Below, one piece after another: positions 37,369 through 50,024 of a stretch of DNA of 64,000 nucleotides (position 1 is the first letter of the stretch; every line of letters starts with the position of its first letter). The DNA is taken from positions 76,014,001-76,078,000 of the forward strand of contig NC_087436.1 in NCBI RefSeq assembly GCF_036321535.1, given 5' to 3'. The DNA comes from Camelus dromedarius. Taxonomy: Eukaryota. A program made the position numbers and the translations under genes. The notes under the pieces are model-generated. The model saw nothing but the letters and a program-made list of their open reading frames with translations. It searched no databases and was not told the origin of the DNA.

Positions 37369-37664
37369 ATGGAAAAACAGTGGACTAAAAATAAGTGGAC
37401 CTGAATTCTGCCCTTGAGTTTTTCAGTAACAAGCCTATGATTTTGGGAAAATCAGTCTGGGCTTGAGTTTCAGATGCAGCATATGTAAGATGCAAAACTG
37501 GTTGAAGAATATTTCTATGGAAAAACAGTGGACTAAAAATAAGTGGACCTGAATTCTGCCCTTGAGTTTTTCAGTAACAAGCCTATGATTTTGGGAAAAT
37601 CAGTCTGGGCTTGAGTTTCAGATGCAGCATATGTAAGATGCAAAACTGGTTGAAGAATATTTCT
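37369..37664. repeat. Perfect 2 x 148-bp tandem duplication within a decayed MIR-like element
   Basis: 37369-37516 is identical to 37517-37664 (ATGGAAAAACAGTGGAC...GAAGAATATTTCT). Confidence 0.95.
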
Positions 37665-37854
37665 ACCTCTGATAACATCTGTGATTTTCCTGAAGTTACT
37701 GGGGACCCTATACCAAGATGGTATTTGAAGACAGAGTTGCAGGCACCCCTTTGATGATATGTTCTGTTCTTCCAAGACTTCTCTCTCTCTCTCTCACTCT
37801 ATTTTCTCAGTCTGTCAGATTACTTGTTCTTTATGATTCAGTTCAAATACTTTC

Positions 37855-37894
37855 GTGTGTGTGTGTGTGTGTGTGTGTGCGCCTGCGTGTGTGT
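37855..37894. repeat. (TG)n microsatellite
   Basis: Direct reading of the sequence. Confidence 0.92.
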
Positions 37895-38544
37895 ATCCTC
37901 CCTGGCTTTCCTAGGCAGTTTTCTACTTTTTACTCCTGAGCAACTTGACATATTTACCATATGTGCTTATTTGTATCTATGTCTATCTCTCACTAAACTG
38001 CACATTTTCAAAACCACAACTAAACATTTATTATACTTTGCAAAGGGAATCAATTGCAGTGATATTACAGAAGCTACAGCTTTTCTCCCCCTAAATGCCT
38101 TATGTACTCATAGACTTTAATGAGGTATAAGCACTTTGAGGGCAATTTTTATGATCACCAAATTCCACTTTAGATATACTAGCTCGTATGTACAAGGAGA
38201 CATGTACAGGGCTGTTTATTGTAGCTTTTTTGTAATATTGAGAAACTGGAATTATTCATATTTGCCCTTTAGTGGAGGGATAGCTAAATTCTGCTGCTCC
38301 TCCTTTTCTTTCTTTTTCTTCCTCCTGTTTCTCCTCCTCTACTAGTACTCCTTTCTTTTCTACCACTAGTTCTACAATCACCACCACTGCCGCCATTAAT
38401 AACAATATTGATACCACTGCCCACAACAATTAATTGTAAAGAGCTTATTGTATTGAAGAAGGGAGTGGGGAGGCAGTATTGTGGATGGTGGGAAAGGGAC
38501 TTTTAAAATAATACTTCATTTTTTAGAAAGATAAGACAGTCTTT

Positions 38545-41340
38545 TTTATGACTAGTAATTTTATTTTTCTATGAAATCTTTACCGAGTCTAAGATTATGA
38601 AAATATTATCCTGTGCTTTCTTCTAGAAACTTCATGGTTCCCGAATTTTTGTGAGGAGCTATGTTACATCTCACATCAATTTTTGTGCATGGAGTGAGGT
38701 AGGAGTTGAGGTTTACTTTTTTTTTCCCACTTGGATGTCTAATTGTTCCAGTACCATTTGCAAAAAAAGAGTTTCTTTTCATTGTAAATTTACATGACAC
38801 CTTGGTTGATAATCAATTGCCCAGAAGTGTTGTGGATGTATTTCTGAGCTTTCCGATCTATTCTATTTGTTCCTGTTTCTTTAAGCCAACACCACACTGT
38901 CTTGATAGCTTTATCAGCTAGTGTAAGTCCTCCAACTTTGTCCTTTTAAAATACCGTGTTGTATAATTTAGATCATTTGCGCTTCCATATGAATTTTAGA
39001 ATCGACTTGTCAATTTATTCAAAAAAGACTGTTGGGATTTTATACGGTTTGCATTGAATGTATAAATACTTTGGGCAGGATAGATAACAACAATGTTGAA
39101 AGTTCAAATCTATGCATGTGGTCCTTTGCTCCATTTATTCGGATCTTTAATTCTTATCAGAAATGTTTTATAGTTTTCAGAGAAGTTTTGCATAGCGATA
39201 AATTTCTTAGGTATTTTTGATGCTGTTTTATATGATACTGCTCTCTAACTTTTACTTTTCAATTGTTTTTTTGCTAATATATAGAAATATGTTGTCTCCG
39301 AAAGTTTTCCATGGCACCTTCCTTTAATCCCTTCATACCTTTCTCGTCTCTATGCAGTCATGGATTTGCTTTTGATTATGGGCATCCAGTTGTTCCTGCA
39401 TCACTGTTGAAAAGACTCTTCTTCCTCCATTGAATTTCCTTTGCAATGTGGAAAACAATTGTCCATATATGTGTGGGTCTATTTCTTCATTGATCTGTAG
39501 GTATATATTTATACAAATACCATATTCTCCTCATAACTTTGATTATAAGAAGTCTTAAAATCAGGTAGTATTAAATCTCCAACACTATTTTTGTTTTCTT
39601 TTCTTTTTGACTATTTTAGGTTCTTTGCATTTACATATGTGTTTTGTGAGTTTCAGTTTGTCAGTTTCTGTAAAAAGCCTGCTGGAACTTTGAATCTGTA
39701 GATCAGTTTGGGGTTAAATTACATCTTAACAATTTTGAGTCTTTTGATCAATGTGTATGTTATATCTTTCTATATATTTTATTTTTCTTTGGTTCCCCTG
39801 AACAGTATTCTGAGATTTTCGGTGTACAGGTTTTCCACATTTTTGTGTGATTTATTCCTAAGTATTTTGTATTTTTATGCTATTATAAGTGATATTTTAA
39901 ATATTCAATTTCCAATTACTTTTTGCTGACATATAGGAATTGAACTGATTTTTGTATGCTGATCTTAAATCCTTAAATCTCACTTATTAGTAGCTTTTAC
40001 TTTCACATGGATGATCATGTTGTCTGTGAATAGAGACAGTTTTGCATGCTGTTTATTCTGATTTGTATGCCCTTTATTCATTTTTCTTACTTTATTGCAC
40101 TAGCTAGAATCTCCAGTACAGAGTCAAACAGAAGTTATGAAATTGATATTTTTGTCTTGTTCCAAATTTTCATCTTTAAGTATGATACTAGCTGTAAACT
40201 TTTCATAGGTGCTTTCTATCTGGTTGAGAAGATTCCTTTCAATTCCTACTTTGCTATGTGATTTTTTATCAGAACGGATGTTGGATTTTGTCAAGTGCTT
40301 TATGTGCCTATTTTGCAAAGATCATATGGTTTTCCTTTTTTGGTTTGTTAATATGCTGAATAGCATGGGGAGATTTCTCATGTTAAAGCAACAGTACGTT
40401 CCTGGGATAAACCTCAGTTTGTCGTGGTATGTTATTTTTTTTTATATATTATTGGATTCAATTTCTAAAATTTTGTTAGAATTTTTACATATGTTTTCAT
40501 GAAGAATATTGGTCTGAAATTTTCTTTGTCTTTTTTTTTTTTTTGGTGGTATCAGGGTAATGCTGGTCTCATAGTATAAATTGGAAAGTATTCACTCTTT
40601 TTCAATTTTCTGGAAGAGGTTATGTAGGATTGGCATTCTTTCTTTCTTAAATGCTTGGTAAAATTCCCCAGTGAAACCATCTGGGCCTGAAGTTTTTTTA
40701 GACAGAAGGTTTTTAACTACAAATCTAACTTCTTTAATGAAATATAGGGCTGTCCATGTTATCTGCTTTTTCTTGAGTGAGCCTTGGTAGTTTGTATCTT
40801 TTAAAATTTTTATTTATTTTATCTAACTTGACAAATTTATTGGCATAAGTTTGTTTAGAATTTCCCGAGTATTATTTTAATATGTATAGCAGGTCCCCTC
40901 TTGATAATTAGTGTTTCCTTTTCTATTTAAGTTACCCTACTTCAACTCATTTTTTCCTTTTAGATTCTTAAGGTAGAAACTGAGATTATTGATTTGAGAT
41001 TTTAAAAAAATTTCTAATATACACATCTGTTACTTTAAATTTCCCCCAAGTTCTGCTTTAGCAAAATCATATAGTTTCTACTTTTTTTTTTTTTTTTTTT
41101 TTTTGGAATCTGGCTTCTTTCATACAGTATAACTATTTTGAAATTCATACACGATTGAACTTCCTCTGTACTTATCCTGATTTTCTGTATAATTTTCTTT
41201 GCTATTATTGAGAGTAGAGCATTTAAATCCCAATCTATAAATGTGTATTTTTCTAATTCCCCTTGGCGTTCTGTCAGTTTTGCTTCGTGTATTTTGGCCT
41301 CTGTTATTAGGTGTATAAACATTAGGATCATCATGTCCTT
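38545..41340 (-). mobile_element. Cluster of old L1M ORF2 fragments
   Basis: T-rich reverse-strand L1 text (ccagtaccatttgcaaaaaa; ttccatatgaattttagaatc; aaattccccagtgaaaccatctgggcctg). No intact ORF. Confidence 0.82.
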
Positions 41341-41358
41341 TTAATAATGATATCCTTT

Positions 41359-42074
41359 TGAGGTAGAACCCTTGGATTTGTACAAGAGCCCCAGGAAAAG
41401 GACTGAGAGAGTGTGCACTTACTATTTCAAGGTGTAGTGATAATGTGAGGTGGGGAATAAAAGATCATGATACGTGTGTGTGGGTGTGGACACCACATAT
41501 GCATGGAGAACTCTCTCCACTGGTCCCTTGAGATAATGTTTGTGAAAACTCTTTGTCCAGAGTTTAGCTAAGCTACTCCACTGTATTGCTGCCTGGGCAT
41601 CCATTTTGTTTGGCCAAGCAACCTGTAGGGGACTTAAGCTGACACTGAGTCCTCTCATGCAAATGCATGCCCTACAGGACAGCCTGCAGAGGCACAAACA
41701 AAGTAAGTTCCTATTAGGACCTCCCCAATAGTCCTTAAGATCAAATTTCCCCTGCCTCCTAGGGCCTTCGCCTGGGCACCCCTTAGATAAGACCCCTTTT
41801 CAGCTTACCAAAACTCTACTCTTTTTGGTTTGAATTGACCAATTCGGCCTCAGCCCTGGAACCCCAAAGCACCCCACCCCTGGACCCTATTAAAGGTAAC
41901 TGCCCCAGGTCCTATTGCTCTCCTGAAAGTGTGGCCCCTTGAGGCATGTTACATACTTCCTCTAGGACCTGTGAGTGAAGAACTCTCTTTCAACTTCTGT
42001 TGTGGTCTTTTGTTGACCACTATCTGGCACCCTGTGTTCCACTTAATGAGTTTTAATTTAACAAAGTCGTAACA
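41359..42074 (+). mobile_element. Probable ERV solo LTR
   Basis: LTR-like layout: TGACCAAT, TATTAAA, R/U5-like ggacctgtgagtga...ctcttttc, ending gtaaca. I could not identify a TSD, so the 5' boundary is uncertain. Confidence 0.55.
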
Positions 42075-42099
42075 TTCTTTGATTTAACAGAAGTAACCG

Positions 42100-42325
42100 A
42101 CATTTACTGAATGGTTCCTTTGTGCCACTCACTGTTCCAGTTCATCACAAAAAGTTGTTCGTTTAATCCTTACTGTAACTCTGGGAGACTGGTACTGTTT
42201 TTATCCTCATTTTTCAGATGAGGAAGCTGAAACACATGAAAGTTAAACTTGCTTAGCATTTCACAGTTAGTTAAGTGATCAAGCTGGGCTTGGAACCCAG
42301 AGAGTCAGGATCTAGATCTTGTGCT
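42100..42325 (-). mobile_element. MIR SINE
   Basis: tttaatccttactgtaactctgggag...tatcctcatttttcagatgaggaagctgaaacac...cacagttagttaagtga. Confidence 0.8.
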
Positions 42326-42494
42326 CGTGACACCTCTGCTATGGTGCCTCCTGGAAAGCATCTTAGTATTTTCATTGTTGTTCTTATTATTTTATATCTT
42401 GTTGGTGGATCCTAGCTATGAATTTGCACTTGTTGAATTTCTACAGTCTTTATTCCTTACCAAGCTTAAACTCCTGCCTTCTTTTTCTGTCACT

Positions 42495-43035
42495 CTTTTT
42501 TTTGGGGGCTTATTTTTTGACGAATGAAAAATTTATGTATTTAAGGTGTACACCATGATATTTTGATATATGTATACATTGTGAAATGATTACCACAACC
42601 AAACTAATTAACATATCCATCACCTCACATGTTTACTTTTTTGTAGTGAAAATACTTAAGATCTACTTTTTTGTTGTTGTTTTTACATTGCTTCTTCTTT
42701 ATTGAACTATAGTTGATTTACAATATTGTATTAGTTTCATGTGTACAGCAAAGTGATTCAGTTTTATATATACATATTTTTTCCAGATTATTTTCCATTA
42801 CAGGTTATTATAAGATTTTGAATACATTTCCCTGTGCTATATTGTGAAGGATCTACTTTTTTAAAGAACATTTTTAGTATGTAGTACAGTATTATTAACT
42901 GTGCTCACATGCTGAACATTAGATCCCAGAACTTACTCATCCTGCATAGCTGAAACGTTGTCTCCCCATTTTACCCCTCTTGCCTGGAAACCACCAATCA
43001 ACTCTCTGTTTCCAAGTTTGACTATTTTAGCTTCT
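42495..43035 (-). mobile_element. L1MA-type 3' end with a nested younger L1 3' end
   Basis: tatacattgtgaaatgattaccac...aattaacatatccatcacctcac ... ttagatcccagaacttactcatcctgcatagctgaaac. Confidence 0.85.
42673..42849 (-). mobile_element. Short young L1 3' end inserted into an older L1
   Basis: 13-bp TSD GATCTACTTTTTT at 42660-42672 and 42850-42862; tagttgatttacaatattgtattagtttc...tacagcaaagtgattcagtt...tccctgtgctat. Confidence 0.85.
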
Positions 43036-43454
43036 GCCTTTACTGTCCCTAAGCTTAGCCAGGGCTTTTTGTTACCTGTGAAATGCAAGCTGAATCAGCA
43101 AAACGTTTGTTAACAGTGCTACTGCTAGAATGACTGTATTTTAGAACTGCCCCTCTTTTTCCTGAATTGCCATAGCCATTTGAGCTACAGATGCTTGAAA
43201 CTAGCAGTAAAGGTGCTGGAGCAGCAGTGATGATAGCAGCTCCAACAGCAGTGATGGCAGTGAATGTGGCTGGGTCCACGAATGAGATAGATTTATTGGT
43301 GGCAGAGGAAACTCTGGGGTTTCACATCTTTATTTCTTCAAAAATGACTTAGTGAACACAGATCCTAGGTACTAGCAGTGCAGTGGGGAGCCACACAGAA
43401 ACAGCTCTAGCCCTCATGCACCTTACAGTCTGCTGAGGGAGAATCAACAGCTCA

Positions 43455-43700
43455 TGGATAATAATAGCAAACACTTGTGTAGAACTTACTATGTGCTGGA
43501 CAATTTTCCAAATGCTATACATGTATTGTCTCACATCTTCCATCCAGTAATCTTCGGAGGGGAGAACTCTGATCTCCTGTTCCCAGATGAAGAAACTGAG
43601 GCACAGAAGATTAAGAAACTTACTGAAGATCTCACAGCTGGTTAGTGACAGAGCTGATACTTGAACTCAGGAAGACTGGCTCCAGAACCTGGTGCCCAAA
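43455..43700 (-). mobile_element. MIR SINE
   Basis: acttactatgtgctggac...cagatgaagaaactgaggcacagaagattaagaaactt...tcacagctggttagtgacagagctg. Confidence 0.82.
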
Positions 43701-45028
43701 CATTTATCCTAGCCTACTGACAAAGGATGAGTCAACCAACACCAGTGAGAAGAGCTCCAGAGACAATAAGAAGATGAGGGGGGATTGAACCTAGTCTCGA
43801 GGGTCTGGGAGGCCTTGCCTGATGAGGACTGAAAAGACTCAGCCAGGCGAGGGTGTACATGTGTTCGTGTGTGTATGTGTGAAGGGTGGGGTGTCTGGTG
43901 GAGGAGCTAGGGAGGCATTCCAGGCCAGGCGAGAAGCTCATTTGCAGGACTTGTAGAACACAGCTCTGTAAATATCTTCAGAGTCAATGGCAACTTGTGA
44001 TTTTTTTTTTTTATGAAACTTCACTTCACTTCATGTACAACTTTCAGGTCCTATTTTGTAGCATAACACAGAATGATGCTGGGTGTATATATGATTTTAA
44101 GCCAACTGTTGAGCATAGATCTCTTGTGCTTCCTGCTTTATAGGCAGTAAATGGTAAGAAGAAAAGGCTTGGGAATCCTTGAAAGCTAAGTTTTCAGTTC
44201 CTTAGTCATGCTCATTTCTCAGTTATTTGGGATTATGTTCTCTGTTTCTTGGATTAATAGAAAGTGCATTAAAAGTGCATATTTGAAGGTTTCATTGCTT
44301 GTAGCTGTCTGGTAACTGTCAGACCCCCTCCAGCTATACAACTCCTAGTTCTGGGCCCCATCAGTGAGCCCATGAGCCCTTAAGGAGGAAGCTCTAGTTT
44401 AAGCAAAGGCAAAGGGAGTTTAGGAGGCTGTAGATTCAAGCATGACAAGGACAGGATGGAGGAATTAAATGAGAAAGGGAAGGAAGAGGAAGAGGAAGAC
44501 TGAAGCACTGAGACTACTTCTTTGCCCAACTTGGTTCTGTTCTAACCTGTAGAAAAAGAGATTAAGTAGGAAGCAAATAGAAATTAGATTTTTAGCAAGC
44601 TTTTAGTGACTTCTCGTCAAGTGACACATGTGGTATTTAGTGTTCTTAATGAGTTGCACTAAAATTATTTTTATATTTTTGGACATCTGTGGAGTGGTAA
44701 ATGTGTTCCTAAATATTAGATATAATTACAAGGAAATATGTTTATATAAATTCATTTGGTACCAAGTTCTGACTAGTTTTGTTTTAATCAGTATTGGGAT
44801 TATACATGACTTTGATTCATTTTCCCCTTTATCCTCTTTGATTGAGAGCTGACTGTTCTGGGTGTCTGCACTTGAGTGGACATACCAGATCTTTTTGAAC
44901 CTTGGTTTCCTGATCTATAAAAAAATGAAGCCAATACCTCTATCACCAGGATATTTGTAAGGATGACATAGATAATATGAAGCAAAGTGACTTGTGTGAG
45001 GTCTGGTGCAGGGTGGATGCCCAAATCA

Positions 45029-45190
45029 TTTTCCTTCCCTTCCCTTCCCTTCCCTTCCCTTCCCTTCCCTTCCCTTCTCTTCTCTCCCTTTCTCTTCCCT
45101 TCCCTTCCCTCCGGTCCCCTCACCTTCCTTCCTTCCTTCTTCCTTCCTGCATGCCTTTTTTCCCCTGCTTTCTTCCCTTCATCCCCTCCT
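45029..45190. repeat. (TTCCC)n polypyrimidine/polypurine tract
   Basis: Uninterrupted pyrimidines from 45029 to 45112, decaying to about 45190. Confidence 0.93.
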
Positions 45191-45721
45191 GGCAATTAAG
45201 CAGAAGGTACAGATATCATGTCTCGGATTTACTACTCAAGAGGCTAATGAGCTTGACTTAATCTTTCTATTCCTTAGCTTTCTCACTGGTGGAATGAAAG
45301 AACTCACTAAATAGGCCCCCTAGAAGCCCTCAAGTTATCCAATTCTGCAATTCCATTTGCTTTGATTCTTGAATTGTGCATGAAAGTATTTGAGTGTACT
45401 TTCAGTCACCAAGTTGTTTCAGTTTTTGCATATCCAAAAGAAGCTTGTGCTTCTAGCTTCCCACCCCTGTAAAATTGGGAAAAATTTCCACAAAAATAGC
45501 TTGACTAAATTTAAAGGTCCCAGCTGAGTTAGCAGAATCCAGGCAGCTGAATGGGTGAGCTTCTAATTAGTACAGTGATGTTGGATGATGCAGCTGTAGC
45601 ACTAGGAGAAGACACTGAACCAGTATTTATGAGGTGAGACTGTGACTTGAACTTTAAAACTAGTTCTCCTGGGGGAGTTAGATCATTCTTTTTCATTTCC
45701 TGGTAAAAATGAATAACCGTG

Positions 45722-46207
45722 TATGGTAGGCCAAGTGATGCTCTCCCTCAAGATGTCTACTCTCAAATGCTTAGAACCTGTGAATATGTTAATTTACATG
45801 ACAAAAGGGATTTCCTGTGTGATTAAGTTAAGGGTTTTGAGATAGGGAGATTATCCTGGATTATTTATTGAGCCCAATGTCATCACCAGGGTCTTTGTAA
45901 GAAAGAGCCAGGAAGGTCAGAGGAAGAAAATGGTGATGTAGTGATAGAAGCAGAGAGAGGAATTTGAAGATGGAAGATGGGTCCACAAGCCAAAGAATGT
46001 AGGCAACCTCCAGAAGCTGGGGAGGTAAGGAAACAGACGCTTTCCTAGAGCGTCCAGAAAGAATATAGCCCTGCCAGTATCTTGACTTTAGCCTGTAAGA
46101 CCAATTTCAGACTTCTGAACTACAGAATAGTAAGATAATAAGTTTCTACTATTTTAAGCCACGATGTTTATAGTAATTTGGTAAAGCAGCAATAGGAGAT
46201 TAAAATA
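45722..46207 (+). mobile_element. MaLR solo LTR (MLT1D-like)
   Basis: agaacctgtgaatatgtt...acatgacaaaagggattt...gtgattaagttaaggg...gggagattatcctggatta...cagacttctgaactacagaatagtaagataata...gcagcaatagga. Confidence 0.88.
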
Positions 46208-46860
46208 TCATGATTACCAAAGCAAAAACTCTACATTTTGAGACATTTATTCTTCCTCTAAATAAGTCTGGATGAACTACTCTGAGGACTGGAGAATAAT
46301 TTTACCTATTACAACGTGATAGTTGGAGAAAGAACTTGGTGAATGGAGGTGACCTGGACCTTCCAACATTTGCAGTAAGAAAGCTTTGAAATTTCCATTC
46401 ACTGTGGAATCCCAGGTGGGCTACAGCAGAAAGCTTCATTCAAGGGAATTTCTGATTTAGTAAGGTGGAAATTGATTAGAATGGGTCTGGTTTTTGTTGG
46501 GTATTCTCATAAGCTATTCAATTTCAGTTCTATTTCCTTTTCCTGCTCCAGGAATATGATGACCAAGATTGTCCCAGAAAGGCCACTGAGTATTAGAATA
46601 AGATGATATTGAGACATTTACTGTTCTCCTGAATTATTCCATATCTCCTTTCCCCAATCTCACTTTTCTAGACAGTTCAGTGTTATTTCTCTCCTTGGTA
46701 AAAGGTAGATGGCTATTAGCAAGGGGGTGCCTCTTCGGTGGAGCAGTAAGGAGGGGTCATGAACAAAAAAGTGGCAATAGACAGACATTGGGTGGTTCTC
46801 AGTGAGGTTTTTCCTCTCTGTGTCTCAGTTCAGTTTTGCTATAAGTTAAGAAAGACCCTT

Positions 46861-47288
46861 CTGTGGGTCAGGTTCTTGGGAGTCAATCTGAGCCAGAGAT
46901 TTGTGTACAGAAAATTTTTAAAGGAGACTTTTAGGAGCAACACTTGTTTGGGAAGCAGGATTGGGCAGAAGGAGAGCTGAATTGTGGTACAGTTGCAACA
47001 GAGCTCTCAGCTGATCCCACACGAAGCTCTGAAGTTTGAAAAGCCCTTCAGAGATATCCTAAGTTGAGGTGAGGGGACTGGGCCTTCGTATCCCCATATT
47101 GACCAGTTGCTGGATATGTGGCTGACCCTGAGGAGTCTGATTTGGGAGGAGGCAGCTCCCTTCTGCTGAGAGCAAAACTCCAGGGAGATCTCAGCTGTGA
47201 CCCACAGCAGCCAGCACATCCAGGCAGCAGGGAAATGAGTGCCTTGGTCCTGAAGCAAGGAGCTGGGTGGTGCTCAGAGCATCCTACA
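46861..47288 (-). mobile_element. ERVL-type LTR (LTR16-like)
   Basis: gggtcaggttcttgggag...gaagcaggattgggcagaaggagagctgaattg...cagctgatcccac...gggaaatgagtgccttggtcctgaag. Confidence 0.7.
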
Positions 47289-49701
47289 GACCAGAGAATG
47301 AGCGTGGGAAAAGGAAAGCAGAGAAGTAAGATCAGCACAAAGCTGAGCACTCAGTTGGACTCTGGAAAGATCGATTTATAGGTTCTGTGCCATTGGCTTA
47401 GCTCAAGTTGCTTGCTTAATTACTTAGTTCCGCTTTCCAATTATAACCCTTTTCATTGCTTCTACATCCCCAAGAGGGTGAAGAACAGAGAATTAAGGTA
47501 GTTGAAAGTCAAAGATGAGCCTTCCTTTAAATCTCAAATTTCAGCCTTATTGAAAAAATTTTCCATGTGCCTTGTCACACTGACCCTCTTTGAACATTTC
47601 CATCTCTGCCTTTCTTTGTCTATCTGGATGGAAGTAGCATTCAGCAAAATAATTGTGCAGTCGGGTAGCAGAAAGGAAATCGGTGCAATTAAAAGACTTG
47701 GATTCAGTGTGACATATGTTTATGGAACTTCTGCTGGGTTCAGACCAAGTATATCTTCATCAAATATTTATTTTAGGTGATAGAAAATCCATAGATTAAG
47801 TATTCTTTTTAAGCACAAGCAAGCAGCTGGGTTGGACTGATGGCACATTAAGAAAGTCAGAAATCTCTCTGGAAATTGTTTGTATTTACAAGTTATTCTC
47901 AGTTTGTTGCTGTTAAGTTGATGAAAAATCCATTTTTCTCCATAACTTGAATAACATTGTGAGAACTACTGAAGGTAGAGTCTAGCTTAATTGCATAAAG
48001 TGACCTGTCTTTCTAAATGTTTCTTTAGCCCTTGTCACCCTAGTTGTTAGCTTGTCCTTTTTTTCCCATCTCACTTCTCTATTTCACAAATATGAGCCCC
48101 ACTCACAGTATCTTTATTATTAATTCATTTAACTTCTGTTACAAAAAGATCAAACATTTACTCCTTTTTGAACATTTACTTCCCTACAAGCTTAGAAATA
48201 CTTGACTGACAGCAAAAGCTACCCCCACGGATCCTGTGTAAACATGAGTTTATGGGCTGCTATGCAGGCACCTTTGGTGATTTACTTTCTGGTTATTGGG
48301 ATTTATTTATTTTTTGATGGACTGGTAAATTAGGCTGTGGACCTTGCCAGGTTTCCAGGTATCAACTCAAAAAGCCTTGCTGGAGAAAACTGTGGTTGGC
48401 ATTACAACACAGAGAATGACCAATGATGCATCATATATTTTTAATAGATATAATGTTTTAATAAACATTCTCCTCCTAAAGCAATGGATTTTAAAATAGG
48501 CTTTTGCCTTGAGCCATGTAGCCACCCAGCTGTAAGTTTTATAAGGCAACAATCTCCACATCATTAGATGTTATGACTAATATTCCAGCAACTGAAATAA
48601 TAGCTATTTACATGCACATAAAAAGTTAAAATGACATTTAAGGTGCACTTACACTCAGAAAAGTGTGCTGGTAAAAGTGATACCAGAAGTTCCTCATTCA
48701 TTTTTCCCATATTGACTTATCTTGTAAAGTTCCCTTGTAGACCAAAAGGTGGGTTAGAAAACTTATTCCAGACTGACAGTTGGGACCACTCTAACCTTGA
48801 GAGCAAGGTAGGGTTGCCCTTTAGAGTTCAGGCTTCCTGAAGATATCTGCAGATTTCATTGGCTCATGGGTTTCTGTTCCCACCTTTGCCTTGGGTGTTT
48901 TGAAGTTACTGTTTTGCTGTTTTACTGGTTTCTATACGGAATCCACTCACATCAAACATTCAGTGAGGTTTCTGTGGGTTTTATTAAAGATCTGGAAGGC
49001 TCTGACAAGTCACTGTGTGCACCTTCTGCCTTTTCTCTGACTGCACCTGCTTCCTTTCCAGCCTGGCTTCCCCCATCATTGGGAAAACAAACATTTCTCT
49101 CCTTGTCTTCTTCAGAGCACAGCCTGTCCCCCTGAGGGCTTGTCTCCTATTCCAAGTACTCTTCAAGGTGTTTTTTTTTTTTTTTAATCCCCAAAAAGTC
49201 TGAAGTGTAAAATTATTTTTCCCAGCTCATTACATGACCGAAGACTCATTTTCTATTCGTAGTAAGAATTTTGCTCATAGTCGGGCACAAGTTACATGGA
49301 CATGGAAGGGAAGTATCTCCTGAACTTTCCCCCAATGTTTCCTCCTCTGGGCAAGTGAAGAAAGCAAGGCAGACAGGTTGGCAGGAGGGCGCTAGCAAGT
49401 TCAGGATGGACAGCTTTTAGAGTGGAAATGCCGATGTTTTGGTTTCTTCTCTCTAGCGCTGCATGGGAATGTTCAATCAAGAGAAGAGTTTTGCCTCTAT
49501 TCAGTCTACCTGTCTCAGCCCTAGAAACATGCAATCCAATCTCGTCTATTTTTTTTAACTTATAAATCTCAATCATGCAAATGACAGTTAGGGGGCTTCA
49601 TTCTCTCTCCCTTTCTATTCTGGTCCATCACACAGAAACTTTGGCCTTTTGGAGATACAGAGTAGGGTAGTTTTTCTTCTCACCATTTTCTTCTCCCATC
49701 T

Positions 49702-50024
49702 TGCTGTGGTCTGAATGTCTTTGTCTTTGCCAAATTCGCACGTTCAAACCCCAACATCCAGCATGATGGTAGAGGAAGTGGGGTCTTTGGGAGGGCATTA
49801 GGAGATTAATGTCCTTATAAAGGAGGCTTGAGAGAGTGTCCTTGCCCTTTTCCCACGTGAGTATACAGCGAGAAGTCTGCGACCTGAAAGAGCCCTCACC
49901 CGACCGTTGCTGGCACCCTGATCTCGGCCTTCCTGCCTTTAGAACCGTGAGAAATACGTTTCTGCTGTTTATAAGCTGTCTCGTCTGTGGTATTTTGTTA
50001 TAGCAGCCTGAATGGACTAAGACA
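49702..50024 (+). mobile_element. MaLR solo LTR (MLT1A-like), 323 bp
   Basis: TGCTGTGGTCTGAATGT...GTGGTATTTTGTTATAGCAGCCTGAATGGACTAAGACA; perfect 5-bp TSD CATCT (49697-49701, 50025-50029). Confidence 0.92.

Noticed and set aside
44800..45314. Several 70-131-aa ORFs on both strands
   Set aside because: Artefacts of the stop-free (TTCCC)n repeat.
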